Shown here one piece after another: positions 1 through 13,100 of a stretch of 64,000 nt of DNA. The DNA is from Eledone cirrhosa (lineage: Eukaryota). The translations under genes and the position numbers were made by a program. How positions within the stretch are numbered: position 1 is the first letter of the stretch; each line of letters begins with the position of its first letter. The stretch spans positions 5,766,001-5,830,000 of the forward strand of contig OZ024745.1 in NCBI GenBank assembly GCA_964016885.1, read 5' to 3'. The notes beneath the pieces are model-generated. The model worked only from the letters and a program-made list of their open reading frames with translations, was not told the origin of the DNA and ran no database searches.

Positions 1-1112
1 GGTTGTTATAAACTATGACAATATTTGGTCGTTATAAACTATGACAACATTTGGTCGTTATAAACTATGACAACATTTGGTCTTTGTAAACTATGACAAC
101 ATTTGGTCTTTGTAAACTATGACAACATTTGGTCGTTATAAACTATGACAACATTTGGTCGTTATAAACTATGACAACATACATTTGGTCGTTATAAACT
201 ATGACAACATTTGGTCGTTATAAACTATGACAACATTTGGTCGTTATAAACTATGACAACATACATTTGGTCGTTATAAACTATGACAACATACATTTGG
301 TCGTTATAAACTATGGCAACATTTGGTCGTTATAAACTATGACAACAGTTGGTCGTTATAAACTATGACAACATACATTTGGTCGTTATAAACTATGACA
401 ACATACATTTGGTCGTTATAAACTATGACAACATAGATTAGGTCGTTATAAACTATGGCAACATTTGGTCGTTATAAACTATGACAACATTTGGTGGTCG
501 TTATAAACAATGACAACATACATTAGGTCGTTATAAACTATGACAACATACATTTGGTCGTTATAAACTATGACAACATACATTTGGTCGTTATAAACTA
601 TGGCAACATTTGGTCGTTATAAACTATGACAACATTTAGTCGTTATAAACTATGACAACATACATTTGGTCGTTATAAACTATGACAACATACATTTGGT
701 CGTTATATACTATGGCAACATTTGGTTGTTATAAACTATGACAACATTTGGTCGTTATAATCTATGACAACATACATTTGGTCGTTATAAACTATGACAA
801 CATACATTTGGTCGTTATAAACTATGGCAACATTTGGTCGTTATAAACTATGACAACATTTGGTCGTTATAAACTATGACAACATTTGGTCGTTATAAAC
901 TATGACAACATTTGGTCGTTATAAACTATGACAACATACATTTGGTCGTTTTGAACTATGACAACATACATTTGGTCGTTATAAACTATGGCAACATACA
1001 TTTGGTCGTTATAAACTATGAGGACATTTGGTTGTTATAAACTATGACAACATTTGGTCGTTATAAACTATGACAACATTTGGTCGTTATAAACTATGAC
1101 AACATACATTTG
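1..1112. repeat. Minisatellite, 26-bp unit GTTATAAACTATGACAACATTTGGTC with a 30-bp variant (extra ACAT); runs off the window start
   Basis: Unit read directly (e.g. 31-56, next at 57); about 40 near-identical copies. Confidence 0.97.
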
Positions 1113-1243
1113 GCTCCTTTATTCTTTGGTTACTCTCTGGACGAAAATTGTATTAACTTTTCGCACCATTGAGGCCTTTGTGCCTGTCTCAAACAATTTC
1201 ATTGGTATCTGCTCTACTGCGGCCACAACTTCAAATGATACCC

Positions 1244-1317
<74 letters not shown>

Positions 1318-1379
1318 TGTCTCAGATCTCATTTCAATTGTTGGGGAAAGTAGAACAGTAATTTAGTAAAAACATCTGC

Positions 1380-1540
1380 AAGTTGGTGTTAGGAAGGGTA
1401 TCCAGCCATAGAAAACCAGCCAGAAACAGTCCTATATGAGCGAGACACGGTCACCCGACCCAACTTGCCTCTAATTTGGACAAACCCGTCAAACCCATGC
1501 TAGTGTGGAAGATGGACGTTAAAAGATGATAATGATGGTA
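1380..1540 (+). mobile_element. 3' part of a SINE/RTE-related dispersed repeat
   Basis: GTTGGTGTTAGGAAGGGTATCCAGCC...AAACCCATGCTAGTGTGGAAGATGGACGTTAAA followed by a GAT-rich tail; resembles, from recall, an abundant octopod retroposon 3' end (not searched). Confidence 0.55.
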
Positions 1541-1828
1541 CATACAGGGAAAATGGGAGTGGAAAGGGAACTGAAGAGAGGTAACCTTTTGGAGTGGAAT
1601 TGAATACCTTGAGATATCGGTTCCTTGCCTTTACATTCTGAAAATGAGAATAGAACTCAGTTTCACACCCCACCTGGTTCTTTGCTGCCTTTAGTAGAGG
1701 GAAGGGTAGCGCAAGTGCTGCCCCGAGGTGGCACGTATTCAAATTACGCCATTGTAAGGGACAACAGATTTGTATCTCATCTAGGGGCAGGGTGTGTGGA
1801 TTGCATGGTAGTAATAGGTGATGATCAG

Positions 1829-2790
1829 GGTTGTGGTTGGCCCTGTATTAAACAAATGTTCGGGGTTCTCGTTGGCCCTGTATTATACAAATGTTTGGGG
1901 TTGTGGTTGGCCCTGTATTAAACAAATGTTTGGGGTTGTGGTTGGCTCTGTATTATACAAATGTTTGGGGTTGTGGTTACCCCTGTATTATACAAATGTT
2001 TGGGGTTCTCGTTGGCCCTGTATTATACAAATGTATGGGGTTGTGGTTAGCCCTGTATTATACAAAGGTTTGAGGTTGTGGTTAGCCCTGTATTATACAA
2101 ATGTTTGGGGTTGTGGTTGGCCCTGTATTATACAAATGTTTGGGGTTGTGGTTGGCCCTGTATTATACAAATGTTTGGGGTTGTGGTTGGCCCTGTATTA
2201 TACAAATGTTTGGGGTTGTGGTTAGCCCTGTATTATACAAATGTTTGGGGTTCTCGTTGGCCCTGTATTATACAAATGTTTGGGGTTGTGGTTGGCCCTG
2301 TATTATACAAATGTTTGGGGTTGTGGTTGGCCCTGTATTATACAAATGTTTGGGGTTGTGGTTGGCCCTGTATTAAACAAATGTTCAGGGTTGTGGTTGG
2401 CCCTGTATTATACAAATGTTTGGTGTTGTGGTTGGCCCTGTATTATACAAATGTTTGGGGTTGTGGTTAGCCCTGTATTATACAAATGTTTGGGGTTCTC
2501 GTTGGCCCTGTATTATACAAAGATTTGGGGTTGTTGTTGGCCCTGTATTATACAAATGTTTGGGGTTGTGGTTGGCTCTGTATTATACAAATGTTTTGGG
2601 TTGTGGTTAGCCCTGTATTATACAAATGTTTGGGGTTGTGGTTAGCCCTGTATTATACAAAGGTTTGGGGTTGTGGTTAGCCCTGTATTATACAAATGTT
2701 TGGGGTTGTGGTTAGCCCTGTATTATACAAATGTGTGGGGTTCTCGTTGGCCCTGTATTATACAAATGTTTGGGGTTCTCGTTGGCTCTG
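1829..2790. repeat. Minisatellite, 35-bp unit CCCTGTATTATACAAATGTTTGGGGTTGTGGTTGG, ~27 copies
   Basis: Direct reading; the 35-bp period makes the ORFs cycle through all three frames. Confidence 0.97.
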
Positions 2791-3394
2791 AAGTACACAA
2801 ATCTTTGATAAAACATGCAGAATTGTTCGATGAATTTAGCATTATGATATTTTGTTATTTTTATTCTATGTGAAAGAGAAGAGGTGTGAACAATGTAACA
2901 GAAAACAACAATAAATATTTCATCTCTCTCAATAGAGATGAAATATCAATAATAGTTGTTATTAAGAGATCAAGGGGAAGTTGGATTCAATATAAAACTA
3001 TCAATGTATGGAATATAATGTTCACTAGTCTATTGTTTGCTTGTTTGCAAATGGAAGATCAGACGATACTCATATTTTGATGAGGACAGAGAAGAGATGG
3101 AGTAGGTGGTTAGACAGTGGTAAAATATAGGAACAAGAGTAAAGGGGAGGGGGGACATGAGCTTATTTTGGTCTCTAGTGATTAGGCATGAAGAATCTAT
3201 AACTTTATGGGTAGCGTAATAGGATGTAGTGAGGTTCATACCGTTCTCAAATGATAAAAGAAAAATAATTTGAAACTAGAATTAGGACATAACTTGTTGG
3301 CTGTCACAATATCTATCATAACTGAAACTATGACATAACTTGGTGACTGTCACAATAACTGCAAAATTATATTAACTCTTAAGATCCTGTAATG

Positions 3395-3545
3395 AGGCGG
3401 TAATTGGCAAAGTTGTTAGAACGTCGAATGTTTTGGGGTATTCTTTCCGACTCTCTGCCTCTTTGACTTCAAATCCCACCGAGGACAACTTTGTCTCTTA
3501 TCCTTTTGAGGTCGATAAAATAAGTACCAGTCCAGTACTGGGATC
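3395..3545 (+). mobile_element. Diverged tRNA-derived SINE copy
   Basis: Degenerate A-box (TGGCAAAGTTG) and B-box-like GACTTCAAATCC, then the core GGTCGATAAAATAAGTACCAG shared with copies at 23.4, 24.6 and 34.7 kb. Confidence 0.75.
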
Positions 3546-3836
3546 AATTTTTCCTCTATATCTCTTTCTCGCTCTCAATCACTGTCTTTCTGCTTTTCTA
3601 TAAGAAATCGGGGGTGTTCAGACCTGGAGAAGAGATGGGCTCAAGCAGGTTTTTAAATTGCCCAAGAAACGCCAGAAGTTACTGGACTAAGGAAGGATTC
3701 TGTAATGATTTCACAGAGAATATTTAAGCATGGGCTTGTTAATTCAAATATCTATTGTATCTTTAGTGGTGAACAGATTATAGTCAAATTTTCAGTATTA
3801 AAGTAAAGACAAATTTTTAATGTGAATATCTTAGAC

Positions 3837-4124
3837 CAGTCAAGGGCCACCTGCGGCCCGCGGAGCTTTCTGAATGGCTCGCCTAAGTCAAGTGAAAATC
3901 TTTCTGATTTTTTTACTCCAACTTTTCAGTCGTAATTTATCTTTCTATCATTTTTACGATCGAGGAAAACAACGTGAACGACTTCTGAAGAAACAAATCA
4001 AAACAACCTGAGTTACCGCCCTTTTTTTTAATATGGGCACGGATGTAAATTAGCGCTTGCGGCCCGCCTGATGATGAGCCTTATCTCATGTAGCCCGCTT
4101 CTCGAAAAAGGTTGCCCATGCCTG
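3837..4124. mobile_element. Non-autonomous hAT (Charlie-like) MITE
   Basis: Imperfect TIRs CAGTCAAGGGCCACC / GGTTGCCCATGCCTG; exact 8-bp TSD TCTTAGAC at 3829-3836 and 4125-4132; subterminal GCGGCCCGC motifs. Confidence 0.85.
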
Positions 4125-4145
4125 TCTTAGACGCTTATTGTATAA

Positions 4146-4439
4146 AGGGTTGGGTTTAGACTGTGGGGGCCCCGGGGCACTTCAGGTTTGTTGAGGGAGG
4201 GAAGGATCATACATAAAAATTAGAATACACAGCAAATCCCTCAATTTTACATATCAAAGTTAATTTGGTGCAAGTAATTTGAATTGAAAAGTTATACATA
4301 CAGGTATTAAATTCTAAAATTTTAACCATCCGAAAACAAAAGAAGGCCATCTGAGGGCACAAATAAATTGCTACGGTCACTGGTGGGGCCCCCACTGCAA
4401 AGGGCCCGAGGCAATTGCTCCCCTTTAAATCCGGCCCTT
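4146..4439. mobile_element. MITE (hAT-like, CAGGGCCGGATTTA-type ends), copy 1
   Basis: Ends TAAATCCGGCCCT; internal sequence aligns by eye with 19270-19567 (AAAATTAGAATACACAGCAAA...GAGGGCACAAATAAATTG). Confidence 0.7.
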
Positions 4440-4873
4440 CCCACCGATATATATACTCTAGCTATACCTTTGACGATGACTATGAAATGTTTCCCAAAAG
4501 AAAAAACAACAAAAAATGTGAGTGAAATGTAATGTTTTCAACAAAAAGCAAAAGAAAATAAATTGTTTTGCGAACTCGAAACAATTGGGTGGTATCTATA
4601 GCAGACTATATCGATAAGAAATCGATATTGAAACCTCTTGTGACTCATATAGTTCGTTTAAAGGCTTCTGAGAAGTCACAAACTGGTTTCGATATTAAGA
4701 CGAGCAGTTTATTATAGAGATTAACATTCCATTATAAATGGATGAACACCACAACTTCACATTTTCCTCTCTCTCTACATTTGGAGTTTCCCTGTTTTCA
4801 TTATTTAACTTATAAGGAAAACTAATATTGTTTCCATAAAAGTTCCATCTTTGTAGGTTTATTAATTTGTACC

Positions 4874-5228
<355 letters not shown>

Positions 5229-5337
5229 TACAACACATTCAATAAAGTTTTTTCTAGTCGATTTATCTAGGTAGATTTCATTTAAAACTACCTACGTACA
5301 CACACATCACAAAGAGGGGGACATCATAGAAATAGTA

Positions 5338-6613
5338 CCACACACATACAAACACTATCTCTCTCTCACACACACACATACAAACACTATCTCTCTCTCA
5401 CACACACACATACAAATACTATCTCTCTCTCACACACACACATACAAATACTATCTCTCTCTCACACACACACATACAAATACTATCTCTCTCTCACACA
5501 CACACATACAAATACTATCTCTCTCTCACACACACACATACAAATACTATCTCTCTCTCACACACACACATACAAATACTATCTCTCTCTCACACACACA
5601 CATACAAATACTATCTCTCTCTCACACACACACATACAAATACTATCTCTCTCTCACACACACACATACAAATACTATCTCTCTCTCTCTCACACACACA
5701 TACAAATACTATCTCTCTCTCACACACACACATACAAATACTATCTCTCTCTCACACACACACATACAAATACTATCTCTCTCTCACACACACACATACA
5801 AATACTATCTCTCTCTCACACACACACACATACAAATACTATCTCTCTCTCACACACACATACAAATACTATCTCTCTCTCACACACACACATACAAATA
5901 CTATCTCTCTCTCACACACACACATACAAATACTATCTCTCTCTCTCTCACACACACATACAAATACTATCTCTCTCTCACACACACACATACAAATACT
6001 ATCTCTCTCTCACACACACACATACAAATACTATCTCTCTCTCACACACACACATACAAATACTATCTCTCTCTCACACACACACATACAAATACTATCT
6101 CTCTCTCACACACACACACATACAAATACTATCTCTCTCTCTCACACATACAAATACTATCTCTCTCTCTCACACACACATACAAACACTATCTCTCTCT
6201 CACACACACACATACAAACACTATCTCTCTCTCTCACACACACATACAAACACTATCTCTCTCACACACACACATACAAATACTATCTCTCTCTCACACC
6301 CACACATACAAATACTATCTCTCTCACACACATACAAATACTATCTCTCTCTCTCACACATACAAATACTATCTCTCTCACACACATACAAATACTATCT
6401 CTCTCTCTCACACATACAAATACTATCTCTCTCTCTCACACACACATACAAACACTATCTATATCTCACACACACACATACAAACACTATCTCTCTCTCA
6501 CACACACACACATACAAACACTATCTCTCTCTCTCACACACACATACAAATACTATCTCTCTCACACACACATACAAATACTCTCTCTCTCACACACACA
6601 CATACAAATACTA

Positions 6614-6646
<33 letters not shown>

Positions 6647-6654
6647 TACAAATA

Positions 6655-6695
<41 letters not shown>

Positions 6696-6726
6696 GCACA
6701 TACAAATACTATCTCTCTCTCTCTCT
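5338..6726. repeat. Microsatellite-derived minisatellite, ~32-bp unit CATACAAATACTAT(CT)n(CA)n
   Basis: Constant CATACAAA(T/C)ACTAT core with variable CT and CA tracts, ~43 copies. Confidence 0.95.
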
Positions 6727-7324
6727 TTGAAAAGACAATACAACAGTTCTATAATGAATCCAATATATTCCAGTATTATTGCTGTCTTGTGAATAGTGTC
6801 AGAAAAGATCAATAGAAGACACATACAGATACTCTCTCCTTATTAAATGGTAGGAATCAAAGAGTTAGCTGTTTGCGCTATATTTCCCTATTTCCTGACA
6901 GTAAACGGACCGCATTCATCAAACCTGAATGACACCTAACATATCCGCTTTTATTTGCTCACCGACAATATATTTGTTTCTGCATTTTAGATGGAACTTC
7001 AGTGGAATAGTTTTTATTTAGTCAACAATGGCCGGTCATTGAATACACTAAGCTTTCTGTCGCTCTACACACTTGTATTCATTTTAATTTCATTACATAC
7101 GGAAAGATAAGTCTCGAGAGAAGTAGAAAAAAAACCCCCAAAACAAAACCTAATTTCTTTGTAGTTTTATTATAAAATAGTGCAATGTTGGTTTATGGAG
7201 AAATTGTTCAGAGACAAAATGGATATGAATCGATTTGGCAGTTGGAAACTAATTTTCCCTGCAAATAATAATTATTTATATTCTTACTTTTCATCAATAA
7301 TTTTATTTATGCTAATCTTTGTAG

Positions 7325-7374
7325 AAATACTATCAGATCCTGATGAACAAAATATCAGGATTCTTGGATCTCTA
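7325..7374 (+). other. Candidate 50-nt internal exon of an unidentified gene
   Basis: GCTAAT branch-like motif and CTTTGTAG acceptor upstream, GTGAGT donor at 7375; two frames open; no recognisable homology. Confidence 0.25.
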
Positions 7375-8094
7375 GTGAGTAAAAATCAGACCTTATACCA
7401 CTACAAAAGCGCTGGAAACCATAATTATTGTATTATGAGAAAATCTATCGCAAAGCACAATAGATTTCCAAATAAACTCAATGTACATTATATAAAGTAT
7501 TTCTGTTTTTAATTATAACTCATGAATATATGACGGAGATTATTTTAATTGTGAGTTTTAGTTTCGATTCTAGAGTTGGTAGCAGAAACGTTAGTTGTGC
7601 TGGTCGCATGTTGTATGTGTTGATGTGTAATTGATGGCGGGGAAAGTGATCTTCCCAAAACATTAGAATCCAAGACCAACAAGGAGACAAACTGCTAATT
7701 AACTATTTATTTTAACCATGGAATACAACGAAGCCATATTACATTATATCATTTTATAGATTTCGCATAAATATAATTATAAAAAATAATTGAAAAGAAA
7801 CAAAGTTGAAAGGAAGAGGGAGAAAAGAATCATTGAAATAATTATTCTATAAAATGTCCTGATGACAGCTGAGCCTCCTATCTATTATGTATTTAATTTC
7901 GTAGATTGTATCAAATACTAAATATAATGACCACTGAATAAATGATGGCGATTCAAGGGCATCGGTTCACTTTCTAACGAAATATTTTTATCCACGAATT
8001 CAGTAAGTACACATTTTTCATTATTGAAACATAAATTTCTGTTCAAACTTTGTTCCTGAATATCCACACAAGAATCAGAAACCCACACATTCAC

Positions 8095-8170
<76 letters not shown>

Positions 8171-8221
8171 ACAGTGAAGAACAGAAAATAAAATATACAA
8201 GAGGATGACTAGAAATGTCTC

Positions 8222-9860
8222 AAAAATAATAATAATAATGATTTCATGTATTACCCAATAGGGCCGACATGTAGGGGACAATACAAAGACAGGGACAGTG
8301 GGTTACAATAAGGTCGAGAAAAAGTGCACAATGGCAAGACTAATTTAACAATGAAGATATAAAAAATATAAGATAAACTATGCATAAATATAACAAAATA
8401 AATTCCCCTATAGGGGGTGGACCACCCAGGGGTGACTCAGGTACCCTACCAATCCAGAACCACCCTGCGCTTCTAGGGCACCCAGGGAGAGCACCCCTCT
8501 CTTCAAGTTAGCTAGCCTATAGGCGCATGGTCAGAGTAGGCCTATTCACACGGGCCATTCTCGCCACATTCATCCACCTTTTAGCAAATGTACTGGGGGA
8601 GGGGGGCAGCACTTCGCTCTCCACCCTCACCTTCCTTTCCAGGTGAAACTTGAAGAAGTTGATGAGGGATTGGCCGAAGAGAAAAGTGTCTGTCTTCAGT
8701 CCTTTTAATCTGGTCCACCATATAACCTCTTTCGCAACGGCCACCAGACAGAAGAAGATTGCCTGCTCTTCCTGACCTAAGGAAGGCGGCGGGTCGATAT
8801 TCACTATGGACTCGGCCGATAGCCGGATCCGTTCTACACGCGACAGTAGCTGTTCAACACAACTCCACAAATCAGTAATGCACGGACATTTGACAAGTGC
8901 CTGCAGAACAGTTTCGTCGCTCTGTGCGCATCTCGGGCAGGTCCGTCTGACAGCATTCCGTGCCTGTAGAGTTTAGCCCGAACCGGCAGTGCACCCCCCC
9001 CCCCCCCCCCCCCGTGGCCATCGTCCCCGGCTCGAAAGTCTCCCGGAACAGACTGGTCAGTTCGACTTCGTCGAGGTCCAAAGCTTCTCCGAGTGCGTCA
9101 TCGCACTTGCCCACCACTAATCCTCTATAGAACTCGAGAGTGGAAGTTCCACTGATCACATTGCCCGCTTGGTAGAGGGCAATGAGTGCCTGACAACATT
9201 CCAGGTGCCAGTCACCGAGTCTCGGTCTCTTTTTGACCCAGGACTGCAGCTCAGTCAAAGAAACGAGCTGCGGAAAGGCCCGTCTGATAAACGGCGACCA
9301 CACCTGTTCAACGTTTAGGAAGAATATCTGGAGATGTCGCAGCCTTAGCGCATGCCTGCGAATCATAAGCCACATCATGACCAGCCCTCCGCGTAGAGGG
9401 TGCTGGCAGCAGATGGACCGCCTCACCAACGGAACTTGTCCTTTCCACAAGAATTTGAAGAGGAGCCGTTTTAACTTGACGAGGCGCGGACAGGGGCAAG
9501 GCACGGCAGTCAGGCGGTAGTAGATGACGGACGCGATGTACGCATTCGCCACCTCCGCGCCACCATTCAGGGATAGCTTCCTCCCAGCCCATATTTGGGT
9601 GAGACTGGCTACTCTGCTCGTTACCTCGTCCCAATTCTTTTCCACCTGGAGGTCTGGTACGAACCCGAGCAACTTTACCAGTCCGTCTGTCCAGCGTCCC
9701 ACGACGCTGTTGGACAACATAGGCTTGCCTCTCCAGGTTCCGAGCTGCAAGCCCACCGACTTTTCCGGGTTAAGATTTTCTCCTGTCAATCTTTCATATT
9801 CCTTCAATAAGGTGCCGACCACCTCGATTTCTGAGGTGTCCGACACCACGAACTCAACAT
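8222..9860 (-). mobile_element. 5'-truncated L1/Tx1-like non-LTR retrotransposon (end of RT, C-terminal Cys-rich region, 3'UTR, (TTA)n tail); frameshifted
   Basis: ORF 8872-9918: 'LLKEYERLTGENLNPEKS', 'VKLLG', 'WAGRKLSL', 'LFKFLWKG', 'PLRGGL' are typical of L1/Tx1 ORF2 after the catalytic motif; the frame breaks at the poly-C run ~8993-9013 and continues via CPRC into ORF 8517-8870; (AAT)n at ~8225-8238 on +. Confidence 0.85.
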
Positions 9861-10065
9861 TCAAATAAATACAGGGTTTTGTATTTCTCGAAGAGAAAAT
9901 GCTTCCACAATGGCCCAAATCATGATAAATGATTATAAACCTCAGATAAAAAGATTTAGAGCAGACTGAGACACATTGAACTGTCTTTCAAATTAATTCA
10001 CATTTTAAAAAACTTCAACACATATTCTATTTAAGTATTGTTCAGACAGAACATCAGAACCAACT

Positions 10066-10072
10066 AAAACAA

Positions 10073-10103
<31 letters not shown>

Positions 10104-13100
10104 CAACAGTCCCTGTCACAGAGTGACCAGTTCAACAACAACAACAACAACAACAACAACCAACAGTCTCTGTCCGAGAGTGACTAGGTCAACAACAACA
10201 AACAACTAACAGTCCCTGTCACAGAGTGACCAGGTCAACAACAACAACCAACAGTCCCTGTCACAGAGTGACCAGGTCAACAACAACAACCAACAGTCCC
10301 TGTCACAGAGTGACCAGGTCAACAACAACAACAACTAGCAGTCACTGTCACAGAGTGACCAGGTCAACAACAACAACCTACAGTCCCTGTCACAGAGTGA
10401 CCAGGTCAACAACAACAATTAACAGTCACTGTCACAGAGTGACCAGGTCAACAACAACAACCAACAGTCCCTGTCACAGAGTGACTAGGTCAACAACAAC
10501 TAACAGTCCCTGTCACAGAGTGACCAGGTCAACAACAACAACAACTAACAGTCACTGTCACAGAGTGACCAGGTCAACAACAACAACCAACAGTCCCTGT
10601 CACAGAGTGACCAGGTCAACATCAACAACTAACAGTCACTGTCACAGAGTGACTAGGTCAACAACAACAACAACTAACAGTCCCTGTCACAGAGTGACCA
10701 GGTCAACAACAACAACCAACAGTCCCTGTCACAGAGTGACCAGGTCAACAACAACAACCAACAGTCCCTGTCACAGAGTGACTAGGTCAACAACAACAAC
10801 AACTAACAGTCCCTGTCACAGAGTGACCAGGTCAACAACAACAACAACAACCAACAATCCCTGTCACAGAGTGACCAGGTCAACAACAACGACAACTAAC
10901 AGTCCCTGTCACAGAGTGACCAGGTCAACAACGACAACCAACAGTCCCTGTCACAGAGTGACTAGGTCAACAACAACAACAACAAAAACTAACAGTCACT
11001 GTCACAGATTGAACAGGTCAACAACAACAACCAACAGTCCCTGTCACAGAGTGACTAGGTCAACAACAACAACAACTAACAGTCACTGTCACAGAGTGAC
11101 CAGGTCAACAACAACAACCAACAGTCCCTGTCAAAGAGTGACCAGGTCAACAACAACAACCAACAGTCCCTGTCAAAGAGTGACCAGGTCAACAACAACA
11201 ACAACAACCAACAGTCTCTGTCACAGAGTAACCAGGTCAACAATAACAAAAACAACTAACAGTCTCTGTCACAGAGTGACCAGGTCAACAACAACAACCA
11301 ACAGTCTCTGTCACAGAGTGACCAGGTCAACAACAACAACAACACCCGACAGTCTCTGTCACAGAGTGACCAGGTCAACAACAACACCAACAAAGACCAA
11401 CAGTCACTGTCACAGAGTGACGAGGTCAACAACAACAACAACAACCAACAGTCTCTGTCACAGAGTGACCTGAGCAACAACAAAAACCAACAGTCTCTGT
11501 CACAGAGTGACCAGGTCAACAACAACAACAACAACCAACAGTCTCTGTCACAGAGTGACCAGGTCAACAACAACAACAACCAACAGTCTCTGTCACAGAG
11601 TGACGAGGTCAACAACAACAACAACCAACAGTCCCTGTCACAGAGTGACCTGATCAACAACAACAACAACCAACAGTCTCTGTCACAGAGTGACTTGATC
11701 AGCAACAACAACAACCAACAGTCCCTGTCACAGAGTGACCTGATCAACAACAACAACAACAACCAACAGTCTCTGTCACAGAGTGACTTGATCAACAAAA
11801 ACAACAACCAACAGTCCCTATCACAGAGTGACATGATCAACAACATCAACAACAACAACGAACATTCTCTGTCACAGAGTGACCAGGTCAAAAACACCAA
11901 CAACAAACAACAGTCTCTGTCACAGAGTGAACTGATTAACAACACCAACAACAACCAGCAGTCCCTGTCACTGAGTTACCTGATCAACAACAACAACAAC
12001 AACAACAACCAACAGTCCCTGTCACAGAGTGACCTGATTAACAACAACAACAACAACCAACAGTCCCCGTCACAGAGTGACCTGATCAACAACAACAACA
12101 ACAACAACCAACAGTCTCTGTCACAGAGTGACTTGATCAACAACAACAACAACCAACAGTCTCTATCACAGAGTGCCCAGGTCAACAACACCAACAACAA
12201 AAAACAGTCTCTGTCACAGCGTGACCTGATTAACAACAACAACAACAACCAACAGTCTCTGTCACAGAGTGACCAGGTCAACAACAACAGCAAAGACCAA
12301 CAGTCTCTGTCACAGAGTGACCAGGTCAACAACAAGAACAACAACCAACAGTCTCTGTCACAGAGTGACCAGGTCAACAACAACAACCAACAGTCCCTGT
12401 CACAGAGTGACCAGGTCAACAACAACAACAACAACCAACAGTCTCTGTCACAGAGTGACCAGGTCAACAACAACAACAACAACCAACAGTCTCTGTCACA
12501 GAGTGACCAGGTCAACAACAAGAACAACAACCAACAGTCTCTGTCACAGTGTGACCAGGTCAACAAAAACAACAACAACCAACAGTCTCTGTCACAGTGT
12601 GACCAGGTCAACAACAACAACAACAACAAACAATCTCTGTCACAGTGTGACCTGGTCAACAACAACAACAACAACAACCAACAGTCTCTGTCACAGTGTG
12701 ACCAGGTCAACAACAACAACAACAACCAACAGTCTCTGTCACAGAGTGACGAGGTCAACAACAATGACCACAACCTACAGTCTCAATCACAGAGTGACCT
12801 GATTAACAACAACAACAACAACCAACAGTCTCTGTCACAGAGTGACCAGGTCAACAACAACAGCAAAGACCAACAGTCGCTGTCACAGAATGACCAGGTC
12901 AACAACAACAACCAACAGTCCCTGTCACAGGGTGACCAGGTCAACAACAACAACAACAACCAACAGTCTCTGTCACAGAGTGACCAGGCCAACTACAACA
13001 ACAGCAACTAACAGTCTCTGTCACAGAGTGATCATGTCAACAACAACAACAACCAACAGTCTCTGTCCCAGAGTGACAAGGTCAACAACAACAACAACTA

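Noticed and set aside
1818-2873. Cys/Trp-rich ORFs
   Set aside because: Translation of the 35-bp minisatellite
7858-7880. CTGATGA as an HHR core (also ~4068, ~23160 on the minus strand, and CTGATAA at ~29767)
   Set aside because: No properly placed stem II-GAAA-stem III-NUH-stem I
12540-12710. CACAGTG (RSS heptamer-like) in minisatellite variants
   Set aside because: Single-base variant of CACAGAG; no consistent nonamer at 12/23-bp spacing
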